From assembly GCA_964016885.1 (NCBI GenBank), contig OZ024744.1, positions 119,040,001-119,104,000 of the forward strand: a stretch of DNA of 64,000 bases, read 5' to 3'. Below the pieces are notes generated by a model. It searched no databases and had not been told where the DNA came from. It saw only the letters and a program-made list of their open reading frames with translations. This DNA comes from Eledone cirrhosa (Eukaryota). Both the position numbers and the translations under genes were made by a program. Below, piece by piece: positions 28,101 through 42,728 of this stretch; position 1 is the stretch's first letter, and each line of letters begins with the position of its first letter.

Positions 28101-31100
28101 CAACTGACTTGGTGTTACTAACATTATTACTGTAAAAACTGACTAATGTTACTAACATTATTACTGTAACAACTGACTAATGGTACTAACATTATTACTG
28201 TAACAACTGACTAATGTTACTAACATTATTACTGTAACAACTGACTAATGTTACTAATATTATTACTGTAACAACTGACTTGGTGTTACTAACATTATTA
28301 TTGTAACTACTAACTAATGTTACTAACATTATTACTGTAACAACTGACTTGGTGTTACTAACATTATTACTGTAACAACTGACTAATGTTACTAACGTTA
28401 TTACTGTAACAACTGACTTGGTGTTACTAACATTATTACTGTAACAACTGACTTGGTGTTACTAACATTATTACTGTAACAACTGCCTAATGTTACTAAC
28501 ATTATTACTGTAACAACTGCCTAATGTTACTAACATTATTACTGTAACAACTGACTTGGTGTTACTAACATTATTACTGTAACAACTGACTTGCTGTTAC
28601 TAACATTATTACTGTAACAATTGACTTGGTGTTACTAACATGATTACTGTAACAACTGACTAATGTTACTAACATTATTACTGTAACAACTGACTAATGG
28701 TACTAACATTATTACTGTAACAACTGACTTGGTGTCACTAACATTATTACTGTAACAACTGACTTGGTGTTACTAACATTATTACTGTAACAACTGATTA
28801 ATGTTACTAACATTATTACTGTAACAACTGACTAATGTTACTAACATTATTACTGTAACAACTGACTAATGTTACTAACATTATTACTGTAACAACTGAC
28901 TAATGTTACAAACATTATTACTGTAACAACTGACTAATGTTACTAACATTATTACTGTAACAAATGACTAATGTTACTAACATTATTACTCTAACAACTG
29001 ACTAATGTTACTAACATTATTACTGTAACTACTAACTAATGTTACTAACATTATTACTGTAACAACTGACTTGGTGTTACTAACATTACTACTGTAACAA
29101 CTGACTTGGTGTTACTAACATTATTACTGTAACAACTGACTAATGTTACTAACATTATTACTGTTACAAGTGACTTGGTGTTACTAACATTATTACTGTA
29201 ACAACTGACTTGGTGTTACTTACATTATTACTGTAACAACTGACTTGGTGTTACTAACATTATTACTGTAACAACTGACTAATGCTACTAACATTATTAC
29301 TGTAACAACTGACTTGGTGTTACTAACATTATTAATGTAACAATTGACTTGGTGTTACTAACATTATTACTGTAACAACTGACTTGGTGTTACTAACATT
29401 ATTACTGTAAAAACTGACTAATGTTACTAACATTATTACTGTAACAACTGACTAATGGTACTAACATTATTACTGTAACAACTGACTTGGTGTCACTAAC
29501 ATTATTACTGTAACAACTGACTTGGTGTTACTAACATTATTACTGTAACAACTGGCTAATGTTACTAACATTATTACTGTAACAACTGACTAATGTTACT
29601 AACATTATTACTGTAACAACTGACTAATGTTACTAACATTATTACTGTAACAACTGACTTGGTGTTACTAACATTATTATTGTAACTACTAACTAATGTT
29701 ACTAATATTATTACTGTAACAACTGACTTGGTGTTACTAACATTATTACTGTAAAAACTGACTTGGTGTTACTAACATTATTACTGTAACAACTGACTAA
29801 AGTTACTAACATTATTACTGTAACAACTGACTTGGTGTTACTAACATTATTACTGTAACAACTGACTTGGTGTTACTAACATTATTACTGTAACAACTGA
29901 CTAATGTTAGTAACATTATTACTGTAACAACTGACTAATGTTACTAACATTATTACTGTAACAACTGACTTGGTGTTACTTACATTATTACTGTAACAAC
30001 TGACTTGGTGTTACTAACATTATTACTGTAACAACTGACTTGGTGTTACTAACATTATTACTGTAACAACTGACTAATGTTACTAACATTATTACTGTAA
30101 CAACTGACTAATGTTACTAACGTTATTACTGTAACAACTGACTTGGTGTTACTAACATTATTACTGTAACAACTGACTTGGTGTTACTAACGTTATTACT
30201 GTAACAACTGACTTGGTGTTACTAACATTATTACTGTAACAACTGACTTGGTGTTACTAACATTATTACTGTAACAACTGACTTGGTGTTACTAACATTA
30301 TTACTGTAACAACTGACTAATGTTACTAACATTATTACTGTAACAACTGACTTGGTGTTACTAACATTATTACTGTAACAACTGACTTGGTGTTACTAAC
30401 ATTATTACTGTAACAACTGACTTGGTGTTACTAACATTATTACTGTAACAACTGACTAATGTTACTAACTTTATTACTGTAACAACGGACTTGGTGTTAC
30501 TAACATTATTACTGTAACAACTGACTAATGTTACTAACATTATTACTGTAACAACTGACTAATGTTACTAACATTATTACTGTAACAACTGATTAATGTT
30601 ACTAACATTTTTACTGTAATAACTGACTTGGTGTTACTAACATTATTACTGTAACAACTGACTTGGTGTTACTAACATTATTACTGTAACAACTGACTTG
30701 GTGTTACTAACATTATTACTGTAACAACTAACTTGGTATTATTTACATTATTACTATAACAACTGACTTGGCGTTACTAACATTATTACTGTAACAACTG
30801 ACTAATGTTACCTACATTATTACTGTAACAATTAACTTGGTGTTACTAACATTATTACTGTAACAACTGACTAATGTTACTAACATTATTACTGTAACAA
30901 CTGACTAATGTTACTAACATTATTACTCTAACAACTGACTAATGTTACTAACATTATTACTGTAACAACTGACTAATGTTACTAACATTATTACTGTAAC
31001 AACTGACTAATGTTACTAACATTATTACTGTAACAACTGACTTGGTGTTACTAACATTATTACTGTAACAACTGACTTGGTGTTACTAACATTATTACTG

Positions 31101-34100
31101 TAACAACTGACTTCGTGTTACTAACATTATTACTGTAACAACTGACTAATGTTACTAACATTATTACTGTAACACCTGACTTGGTGTTACTAACATTATT
31201 ACTGTAACAACTGACTTGCTGTTACTAACATTATTACTGTAAAAACTGACTTGGTGTTACTCACATTATTACTGTAACAACTGACTAATGTTACTAACAT
31301 TATTACTGTAACAACTGACTAATGTTACTAACATTATTAATGTAACAACTGACTTGCTGTTACTAACATTATTACTGTAACAACTGAGTTGCTGTTACTA
31401 ACATTATTACTGTAACAACTGACTTGGTGTTACTAACATTATTAATGTAACAACTGACTTGCTGTTACTAACATTATTACTGTAACAATTGACTTGGTGT
31501 TACTAACATTATTACTGTAACAACTGACTAATGTTACTAATATTATTACTGTAACAATTGACTTGGTGTTACTAACATTATTACTATAACAACTGACTAA
31601 TGTTACTAACATTATTACCGTAACAACTGACTAATGTTACTAACATTATTACTGTAACAATTGACTTGGTGTTACTAACATTATTACTGTAACAACTGAC
31701 TAATGTTACTAACATTATTACTGTAACAACTGACTAATGGTACTAACATTATTACTGTAACAATTGACTTGGTGTTACTAACATTATTACTGTAACAACT
31801 GACTAATGTTACTAACATTATTACTGTAACAACTGACTAATGTTACTAACATTATTACTGTAACAACTGACTAATGTTACTAACATTATTACTGTAACAA
31901 TTGACTTGGTGTTACTAACATTATTACTGTAACAACTGACTAATGTTACTAACATTATTACTGTAACAACTGACTAATGGTACTAACATTATTACTGTAA
32001 CAACTGACTAATGGTACTAACATTATTACTGTAACAACTGACTTGGTGTTACTAACATTATTACTGTAACAACTGACTTGGTGTTACTAACATTATTACT
32101 GTAACAACTGACCTGGTGTTACTAACATTATTACTGTAACAACTGACTTGGTGTTACTAACATTATTACTGTAACAACTAACTTGGTGTTACTAACATTA
32201 TTACTGTAACAACTGACTAATGTTACTAACATTATTACTGTAACAACTGACTTGGTGTTACTAACATTATTACTGTAACAACTGACTTGGTGTTACTAAC
32301 ATTATTACTGTAACAACTGACTAATGTTACTAACATTATTACTGTAACAACTGACTTGGTGTTACTAACATTATTACTGTAAAAACTGACTAATGTTACT
32401 AACATTATTACTGTAACAACTGACTAATGGTACTAACATTATTACTGTAACAACTGACTAATGTTACTAACATTATTACTGTAACAACTGACTAATGTTA
32501 CTAACATTATTACTGTAACAACTGACTTGGTGTTACTAACATTATTATTGTAACTACTAACTAATGTTACTAACATTATTACTGTAACAACTGACTTGGT
32601 GTTACTAACATTATTACTGTAACAACTGACTAATGTTACTAACATTATTACTGTAACAACTGCCTAATGTTACTAACATTATTACTGTAACAACTGCCTA
32701 ATGTTACTAACATTATTACTGTAACAACTGACTTGGTGTTACTAACATTATTACTGTAACAACTGACTTGCTGTTACTAACATTATTACTGTAACAATTG
32801 ACTTGGTGTTACTAACATGATTACTGTAACAACTGACTAATGTTACTAACATTATTACTGTAACAACTGACTAATGGTACTAACCTTATTACTGTAACAA
32901 CTGACTTGGTGTCACTAACATTATTACTGTAACAACTGACTTGGTGTTACTAACATTATTACTGTAACAACTGACTAATGTTACTAACATTATTACTGTA
33001 ACAACTGACTAATGTTACAAACATTATTACTGTAACAACTGACTAATGTTACTAACATTATTACTGTAACAAATGACTAATGTTACTAACATTATTACTC
33101 TAACAACTGACTAATGTTACTAACATTATTACTGTAACTACTAACTAATGTTACTAACATTATTACTGTAACAACTGACTTGGTGTTACTAACATTACTA
33201 CTGTAACAACTGACTTGGTGTTACTAACATTATTACTGTAACAACTGACTAATGTTACTAACATTATTACTGTTACAAGTGACTTGGTGTTACTAACATT
33301 ATTACTGTAACAACTGACTTGGTGTTACTTACATTATTACTGTAACAACTGACTTGGTGTTACTAACATTATTACTGTAACAACTGACTAATGCTACTAA
33401 CATTATTACTGTAACAACTGACTTGGTGTTACTAACATTATTAATGTAACAATTGACTTGGTGTTACTAACATTATTACTGTAACAACTGACTTGGTGTT
33501 ACTAACATTATTACTGTAAAAACTGACTAATGTTACTAACATTATTACTGTAACAACTGACTAATGGTACTAACATTATTACTGTAACAACTGACTTGGT
33601 GTCACTAACATTATTACTGTAACAACTGACTTGGTGTTACTAACATTATTACTGTAACAACTGACTAATGTTACTAACATTATTACTGTAACAACTGACT
33701 AATGTTACTAACATTATTACTGTAACAAATGACTAATGTTACTAACATTATTACTGTAACAACTGACTAATGTTACTAACATTATTACTGTAACAACTGA
33801 CTAATGTTACTAACATTATTACTGTAACAACTGACTTGGTGTTACTAACATTATTATTGTAACTACTAACTAATGTTACTAATATTATTACTGTAACAAC
33901 TGACTTGGTGTTACTAACATTATTACTGTAAAAACTGACTTGGTGTTACTAACATTATTACTGTAACAACTGACTAAAGTTACTAACATTATTACTGTAA
34001 CAACTGACTTGGTGTTACTAACATTATTACTGTAACAACTGACTTGGTGTTACTAACATTATTACTGTAACAACTGACTAATGTTAGTAACATTATTACT

Positions 34101-35600
34101 GTAACAACTGACTAATGTTACTAACATTATTACTGTAACAACTGACTTGGTGTTACTTACATTATTACTGTAACAACTGACTTGGTGTTACTAACATTAT
34201 TACTGTAACAACTGACTTGGTGTTACTAACATTATTACTGTAACAACTGACTAATGTTACTAACATTATTACTGTAACAACTGACTAATGTTACTAACGT
34301 TATTACTGTAACAACTGACTTGGTGTTACTAACATTATTACTGTAACAACTGACTTGGTGTTACTAACGTTATTACTGTAACAACTGACTTGGTGTTACT
34401 AACATTATTACTGTAACAACTGACTTGGTGTTACTAACATTATTACTGTAACAACTGACTTGGTGTTACTAACATTATTACTGTAACAACTGACTAATGT
34501 TACTAACATTATTACTGTAACAACTGACTTGGTGTTACTAACATTATTACTGTAACAACTGACTTCGTGTTACTAACATTATTACTGTAACAACTGACTT
34601 GGTGTTACTAACATTATTACTGTAACAACTGACTAATGTTACTAACTTTATTACTGTAACAACGGACTTGGTGTTACTAACATTATTACTGTAACAACTG
34701 ACTAATGTTACTAACATTATTACTGTAACAACTGACTAATGTTACTAACATTATTACTGTAACAACTGATTAATGTTACTAACATTTTTACTGTAATAAC
34801 TGACTTGGTGTTACTAACATTATTACTGTAACAACTGACTTGGTGTTACTAACATTATTACTGTAACAACTGACTTGGTGTTACTAACATTATTACTGTA
34901 ACAACTAACTTGGTATTATTTACATTATTACTATAACAACTGACTTGGCGTTACTAACATTATTACTGTAACAACTGACTAATGTTACCTACATTATTAC
35001 TGTAACAATTAACTTGGTGTTACTAACATTATTACTGTAACAACTGACTAATGTTACTAACATTATTACTGTAACAACTGACTAATGTTACTAACATTAT
35101 TACTCTAACAACTGACTAATGTTACTAACATTATTACTGTAACAACTGACTAATGTTACTAACATTATTACTGTAACAACTGACTAATGTTACTAACATT
35201 ATTACTGTAACAACTGACTTGGTGTTACTAACATTATTACTGTAACAACTGACTTGGTGTTACTAACATTATTACTGTAACAACTGACTTCGTGTTACTA
35301 ACATTATTACTGTAACAACTGACTAATGTTACTAACATTATTACTGTAACACCTGACTTGGTGTTACTAACATTATTACTGTAACAACTGACTTGCTGTT
35401 ACTAACATTATTACTGTAAAAACTGACTTGGTGTTACTCACATTATTACTGTAACAACTGACTAATGTTACTAACATTATTACTGTAACAACTGACTAAT
35501 GTTACTAACATTATTAATGTAACAACTGACTTGCTGTTACTAACATTATTACTGTAACAACTGAGTTGCTGTTACTAACATTATTACTGTAACAACTGAC
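19140..35600. repeat. Four related ~3.6-4.8-kb higher-order blocks
   Basis: ACAAGTGAC at 20750/25546/29170/33279; GTTAGTAAC at 21490/26286/29910/34087; TTGGCGTT at 22352/27148/30772/34949. Offsets are 4796, 3624 and 4109-4177. Confidence 0.9.
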
Positions 35601-38600
35601 TTGGTGTTACTAACATTATTAATGTAACAACTGACTTGCTGTTACTAACATTATTACTGTAACAATTGACTTGGTGTTACTAACATTATTACTGTAACAA
35701 CTGACTAATGTTACTAATATTATTACTGTAACAATTGACTTGGTGTTACTAACATTATTACTGTAACAACTGACTAATGTTACTAACATTATTACCGTAA
35801 CAACTGACTAATGTTACTAACATTATTACTGTAACAATTGACTTGGTGTTACTAACATTATTACTGTAACAACTGACTAATGTTACTAACATTATTACTG
35901 TAACAACTGACTAATGGTACTAACATTATTACTGTAACAATTGACTTGGTGTTACTAACATTATTACTGTAACAACTGACTAATGTTACTAACATTATTA
36001 CTGTAACAACTGACTAATGTTACTAACATTATTACTGTAACAACTGACTAATGTTACTAACATTATTACTGTAACAATTGACTTGGTGTTACTAACATTA
36101 TTACTGTAACAACTGACTAATGTTACTAACATTATTACTGTAACAACTGACTAATGGTACTAACATTATTACTGTAACAACTGACTTGGTGTTACTAACA
36201 TTATTACTGTAACAACTGACTTGGTGTTACTAACATTATTACCGTAACAACTGACTTGGTGTTACTAACATTATTACTGTAACAACTGACCTGGTGTTAC
36301 TAACATTATTACTGTAACAACTGACTTGGTGTTACTAACATTATTACTGTAACAACTGACTTGGTGTTACTAACATTATTACTGTAACAACTGACTAATG
36401 TTACTAACATTATTACTGTAACAACTGACTTGGTGTTACTAACATTATTACTGTAACAACTGACTTGGTGTTACTAACATTATTACTGTAACAACTGACT
36501 AATGTTACTAACATTATTACTGTAACAACTGACTTGGTGTTACTAACATTATTACTGTAACAACTGACTAATGTTACTAACATTATTACTGTAACAACTG
36601 ACTAATGTTACTAACATTATTACTGTAACAACTGACTTGGTGTTACTAACATTATTACTGTAACAACAGACCAATGTTACTAACATTATTACTGTAACAA
36701 CTGACTTGGTGTTACTAACTTTATTACTGTAACAACTGCCTTGGTGTTACTTACATTATTACTGTAACAACTGACTTGGTGTTACTAGCATTATTACTGT
36801 AACAACTGACTAATGTTTCCTACATTATTACTGTAACAATTGACTTGGTGTTACTAACATTATTACTGTAACAACTGACTAATGTTACTAACATTATTAC
36901 TGTAACAACTGACTAATGTTACTAACATTATTACTGTAACAACTGACTTGGTGTTACTTACATTATTACTGTAACAACTGACTTGGTGTTACTAACATTA
37001 TTACTGTAACAACTGACTTGGTGTTACTAACATTATTACTGTAACAACTGACTAATGTTACTAACATTATTACTGTAACAACTGACTAATGTTACTAACG
37101 TTATTACTGTAACAACTGACTTGGTGTTACTAACATTATTACTGTAACAACTGACTTGGTGTTACTAACGTTATTACTGTAACAACTGACTTGGTGTTAC
37201 TAACATTATTACTGTAACAACTGACCTGGTGTTACTAACATTATTACTGTAACAACTGACTTGGTGTTACTAACATTATTACTGTAACAACTGACTAATG
37301 TTACTAACATTATTACTGTAACAACTGACTTGGTGTTACTAACATTATTACTGTAACAACTGACTTGGTGTTACTAACATTATTACTGTAACAACTGACT
37401 AATGTTACTAACATTATTACTGTAACAACGGACTTGGTGTTACTAACATTATTACTGTAACAACTGACTAATTTTACTAACATTATTACTGTAACAACTG
37501 ACTAATGTTACTAACATTATTACTGTAACAACTGATTAATGTTACTAACATTTTTACTGTAATAACTGACTTGGTGTTACTAACATTATTACTGTAACAA
37601 CAGACTTGGTGTTACTAACATTATTACTGTAACAACTGACTTGGTGTTACTAACATTATTACTGTAACAACTGACTTGGTATTACTTACATTATTACTAT
37701 AACAACTGACTTGGTGTTACTAACATTATTACTGTAACAACTGACTAATGTTACCTACATTATTACTGTAACAATTAACTTGGTGTAACTAACATTATTA
37801 CTGTTACAACTGACTAATGTTACTAACATTATTACTGTAACAACTGACTTGGTGTTACTAACATTATTACTGTAACAACTGACTAATGTTACTAACATTA
37901 TTACTGTAACAACTGACTTGGTGTTACTAACATTATTACTGTAACAACTGACTTGGTGTTACTAACATTATTACTGTAACAACTGACTTGGTGTTACTAA
38001 CATTATTACTGTAACAACTGACTTGGTGTTACTAACATTATTACTGTAACAACTGACTAATGTTACTAACATTATTACTGTAACACCTGACTTGGTGTTA
38101 CTAACATTATTACTGTAACAACTGACTTGCTGTTACTAACATTATTACTGTAAAAACTGACTTGGTGTTACTAACATTATTACTGTAACAACTGACTAAT
38201 GTTACTAACATTATTACTGTAACAACTGACTAATGTTACTAACATTATTACTGTAACAACTGACTTGCTGTTACTAACATTATTACTGTAACAACTGACT
38301 TGCTGTTACTAACATTATTACTGTAACAACTGACTTGGTGTTACTAACATTATTACTGTAACAACTGACTTGCTGTTACTAACATTATTATTGTAACAAT
38401 TGACTTGGTGTTACTAACATTATTACTGTAACAACTGACTAATGTTACTAATATTATTACTATAACAATTGACTTGGTGTTACTAACATTATTACTGTAA
38501 CAACTGACTAATGTTACTAACATTATTACTGTAACAACTGACTAATGTTACTAACATTATTACTGTAACAATTGACTTGGTGTTACTAACATTATTACTG

Positions 38601-41600
38601 TAACAACTGACTAATGTTACTAACATTATTACTGTAACAACTGACTAATGGTACTAACATTATTACTGTAACAATTGACTTGGTGTTACTAACATTATTA
38701 CTGTAACAACTGACTAATGTTACTAATATTATTACTGTAACAATTGACTTGGTGTTACTAACATTATTACTGTAACAACTGACTAATGTTACTAACATTA
38801 TTACTGTAACAACTGACTAATGTTACTAACATTATTACTGTAACAATTGACTTGGTGTTACTAACATTATTACTGTAACAACTGACTAATGTTACTAACA
38901 TTATTACTGTAACAACTGAATAATGGTACTAACATTATTACTGTAACAACTGACTTGGTGTTACTAACGTTATTACTGTAACAACTGACTTGGTGTTACT
39001 AACATTATTACTGTAACAACTGACTTGGTGTTACTAACATTATTACCGTAACAACTGACTTGGTGTTACTAACATTATTACTGTAACAACTGACCTGGTG
39101 TTACTAACATTATTACTGTAACAACTGACTTGGTGTTACTAACATTATTACTGTAACAACTGACCTGGTGTTACTAACATTATTAATGTAACAACTGACT
39201 TGCTGTTACTAACATTATTACTGTAACAATTGACTTGGTGTTACTAACATTATTACTGTAACAACTGACTAATGTTACTAATATTATTACTGTAACAATT
39301 GACTTGGTGTTACTAACATTATTACTGTAACAACTGACTAATGTTACTAACATTATTACCGTAACAACTGACTAATGTTACTAACATTATTACTGTAACA
39401 ATTGACTTGGTGTTACTAACATTATTACTGTAACAACTGACTAATGTTACTAACATTATTACTGTAACAACTGACTAATGGTACTAACATTATTACTGTA
39501 ACAATTGACTTGGTGTTACTAACATTATTACTGTAACAACTGACTAATGTTACTAACATTATTACTGTAACAACTGACTAATGTTACTAACATTATTACT
39601 GTAACAACTGACTAATGTTACTAACATTATTACTGTAACAATTGACTTGGTGTTACTAACATTATTACTGTAACAACTGACTAATGTTACTAACATTATT
39701 ACTGTAACAACTGACTAATGGTACTAACATTATTACTGTAACAACTGACTTGGTGTTACTAACATTATTACTGTAACAACTGACTTGGTGTTACTAACAT
39801 TATTACCGTAACAACTGACTTGGTGTTACTAACATTATTACTGTAACAACTGACCTGGTGTTACTAACATTATTACTGTAACAACTGACTTGGTGTTACT
39901 AACATTATTACTGTAACAACTGACTTGGTGTTACTAACATTATTACTGTAACAACTGACTAATGTTACTAACATTATTACTGTAACAACTGACTTGGTGT
40001 TACTAACATTATTACTGTAACAACTGACTTGGTGTTACTAACATTATTACTGTAACAACTGACTAATGTTACTAACATTATTACTGTAACAACTGACTTG
40101 GTGTTACTAACATTATTACTGTAACAACTGACTAATGTTACTAACATTATTACTGTAACAACTGACTAATGTTACTAACATTATTACTGTAACAACTGAC
40201 TTGGTGTTACTAACATTATTACTGTAACAACAGACCAATGTTACTAACATTATTACTGTAACAACTGACTTGGTGTTACTAACTTTATTACTGTAACAAC
40301 TGCCTTGGTGTTACTTACATTATTACTGTAACAACTGACTTGGTGTTACTAGCATTATTACTGTAACAACTGACTAATGTTTCCTACATTATTACTGTAA
40401 CAATTGACTTGGTGTTACTAACATTATTACTGTAACAACTGACTAATGTTACTAACATTATTACTGTAACAACTGACTAATGTTACTAACATTATTACTG
40501 TAACAACTGACTTGGTGTTACTTACATTATTACTGTAACAACTGACTTGGTGTTACTAACATTATTACTGTAACAACTGACTTGGTGTTACTAACATTAT
40601 TACTGTAACAACTGACTAATGTTACTAACATTATTACTGTAACAACTGACTAATGTTACTAACGTTATTACTGTAACAACTGACTTGGTGTTACTAACAT
40701 TATTACTGTAACAACTGACTTGGTGTTACTAACGTTATTACTGTAACAACTGACTTGGTGTTACTAACATTATTACTGTAACAACTGACCTGGTGTTACT
40801 AACATTATTACTGTAACAACTGACTTGGTGTTACTAACATTATTACTGTAACAACTGACTAATGTTACTAACATTATTACTGTAACAACTGACTTGGTGT
40901 TACTAACATTATTACTGTAACAACTGACTTGGTGTTACTAACATTATTACTGTAACAACTGACTAATGTTACTAACATTATTACTGTAACAACGGACTTG
41001 GTGTTACTAACATTATTACTGTAACAACTGACTAATTTTACTAACATTATTACTGTAACAACTGACTAATGTTACTAACATTATTACTGTAACAACTGAT
41101 TAATGTTACTAACATTTTTACTGTAATAACTGACTTGGTGTTACTAACATTATTACTGTAACAACAGACTTGGTGTTACTAACATTATTACTGTAACAAC
41201 TGACTTGGTGTTACTAACATTATTACTGTAACAACTGACTTGGTATTACTTACATTATTACTATAACAACTGACTTGGTGTTACTAACATTATTACTGTA
41301 ACAACTGACTAATGTTACCTACATTATTACTGTAACAATTAACTTGGTGTAACTAACATTATTACTGTTACAACTGACTAATGTTACTAACATTATTACT
41401 GTAACAACTGACTTGGTGTTACTAACATTATTACTGTAACAACTGACTAATGTTACTAACATTATTACTGTAACAACTGACTTGGTGTTACTAACATTAT
41501 TACTGTAACAACTGACTTGGTGTTACTAACATTATTACTGTAACAACTGACTTGGTGTTACTAACATTATTACTGTAACAACTGACTTGGTGTTACTAAC

Positions 41601-42728
41601 ATTATTACTGTAACAACTGACTAATGTTACTAACATTATTACTGTAACACCTGACTTGGTGTTACTAACATTATTACTGTAACAACTGACTTGCTGTTAC
41701 TAACATTATTACTGTAAAAACTGACTTGGTGTTACTAACATTATTACTGTAACAACTGACTAATGTTACTAACATTATTACTGTAACAACTGACTAATGT
41801 TACTAACATTATTACTGTAACAACTGACTTGCTGTTACTAACATTATTACTGTAACAACTGACTTGCTGTTACTAACATTATTACTGTAACAACTGACTT
41901 GGTGTTACTAACATTATTACTGTAACAACTGACTTGCTGTTACTAACATTATTATTGTAACAATTGACTTGGTGTTACTAACATTATTACTGTAACAACT
42001 GACTAATGTTACTAATATTATTACTATAACAATTGACTTGGTGTTACTAACATTATTACTGTAACAACTGACTAATGTTACTAACATTATTACTGTAACA
42101 ACTGACTAATGTTACTAACATTATTACTGTAACAATTGACTTGGTGTTACTAACATTATTACTGTAACAACTGACTAATGTTACTAACATTATTACTGTA
42201 ACAACTGACTAATGGTACTAACATTATTACTGTAACAATTGACTTGGTGTTACTAACATTATTACTGTAACAACTGACTAATGTTACTAATATTATTACT
42301 GTAACAATTGACTTGGTGTTACTAACATTATTACTGTAACAACTGACTAATGTTACTAACATTATTACTGTAACAACTGACTAATGTTACTAACATTATT
42401 ACTGTAACAATTGACTTGGTGTTACTAACATTATTACTGTAACAACTGACTAATGTTACTAACATTATTACTGTAACAACTGAATAATGGTACTAACATT
42501 ATTACTGTAACAACTGACTTGGTGTTACTAACGTTATTACTGTAACAACTGACTTGGTGTTACTAACATTATTACTGTAACAACTGACTTGGTGTTACTA
42601 ACATTATTACCGTAACAACTGACTTGGTGTTACTAACATTATTACTGTAACAACTGACCTGGTGTTACTAACATTATTACTGTAACAACTGACTTGGTGT
42701 TACTAACATTATTACTGTAACAACTGAC
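35600..42728. repeat. Tandem duplication of a 3564-bp unit
   Basis: Constant offset 3564 for ACAGACCAAT (36668/40232), ACTAGCATT (36788/40352), TGAATAATGG (38920/42484) and the ORFs at 38595/42159. Confidence 0.92.
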
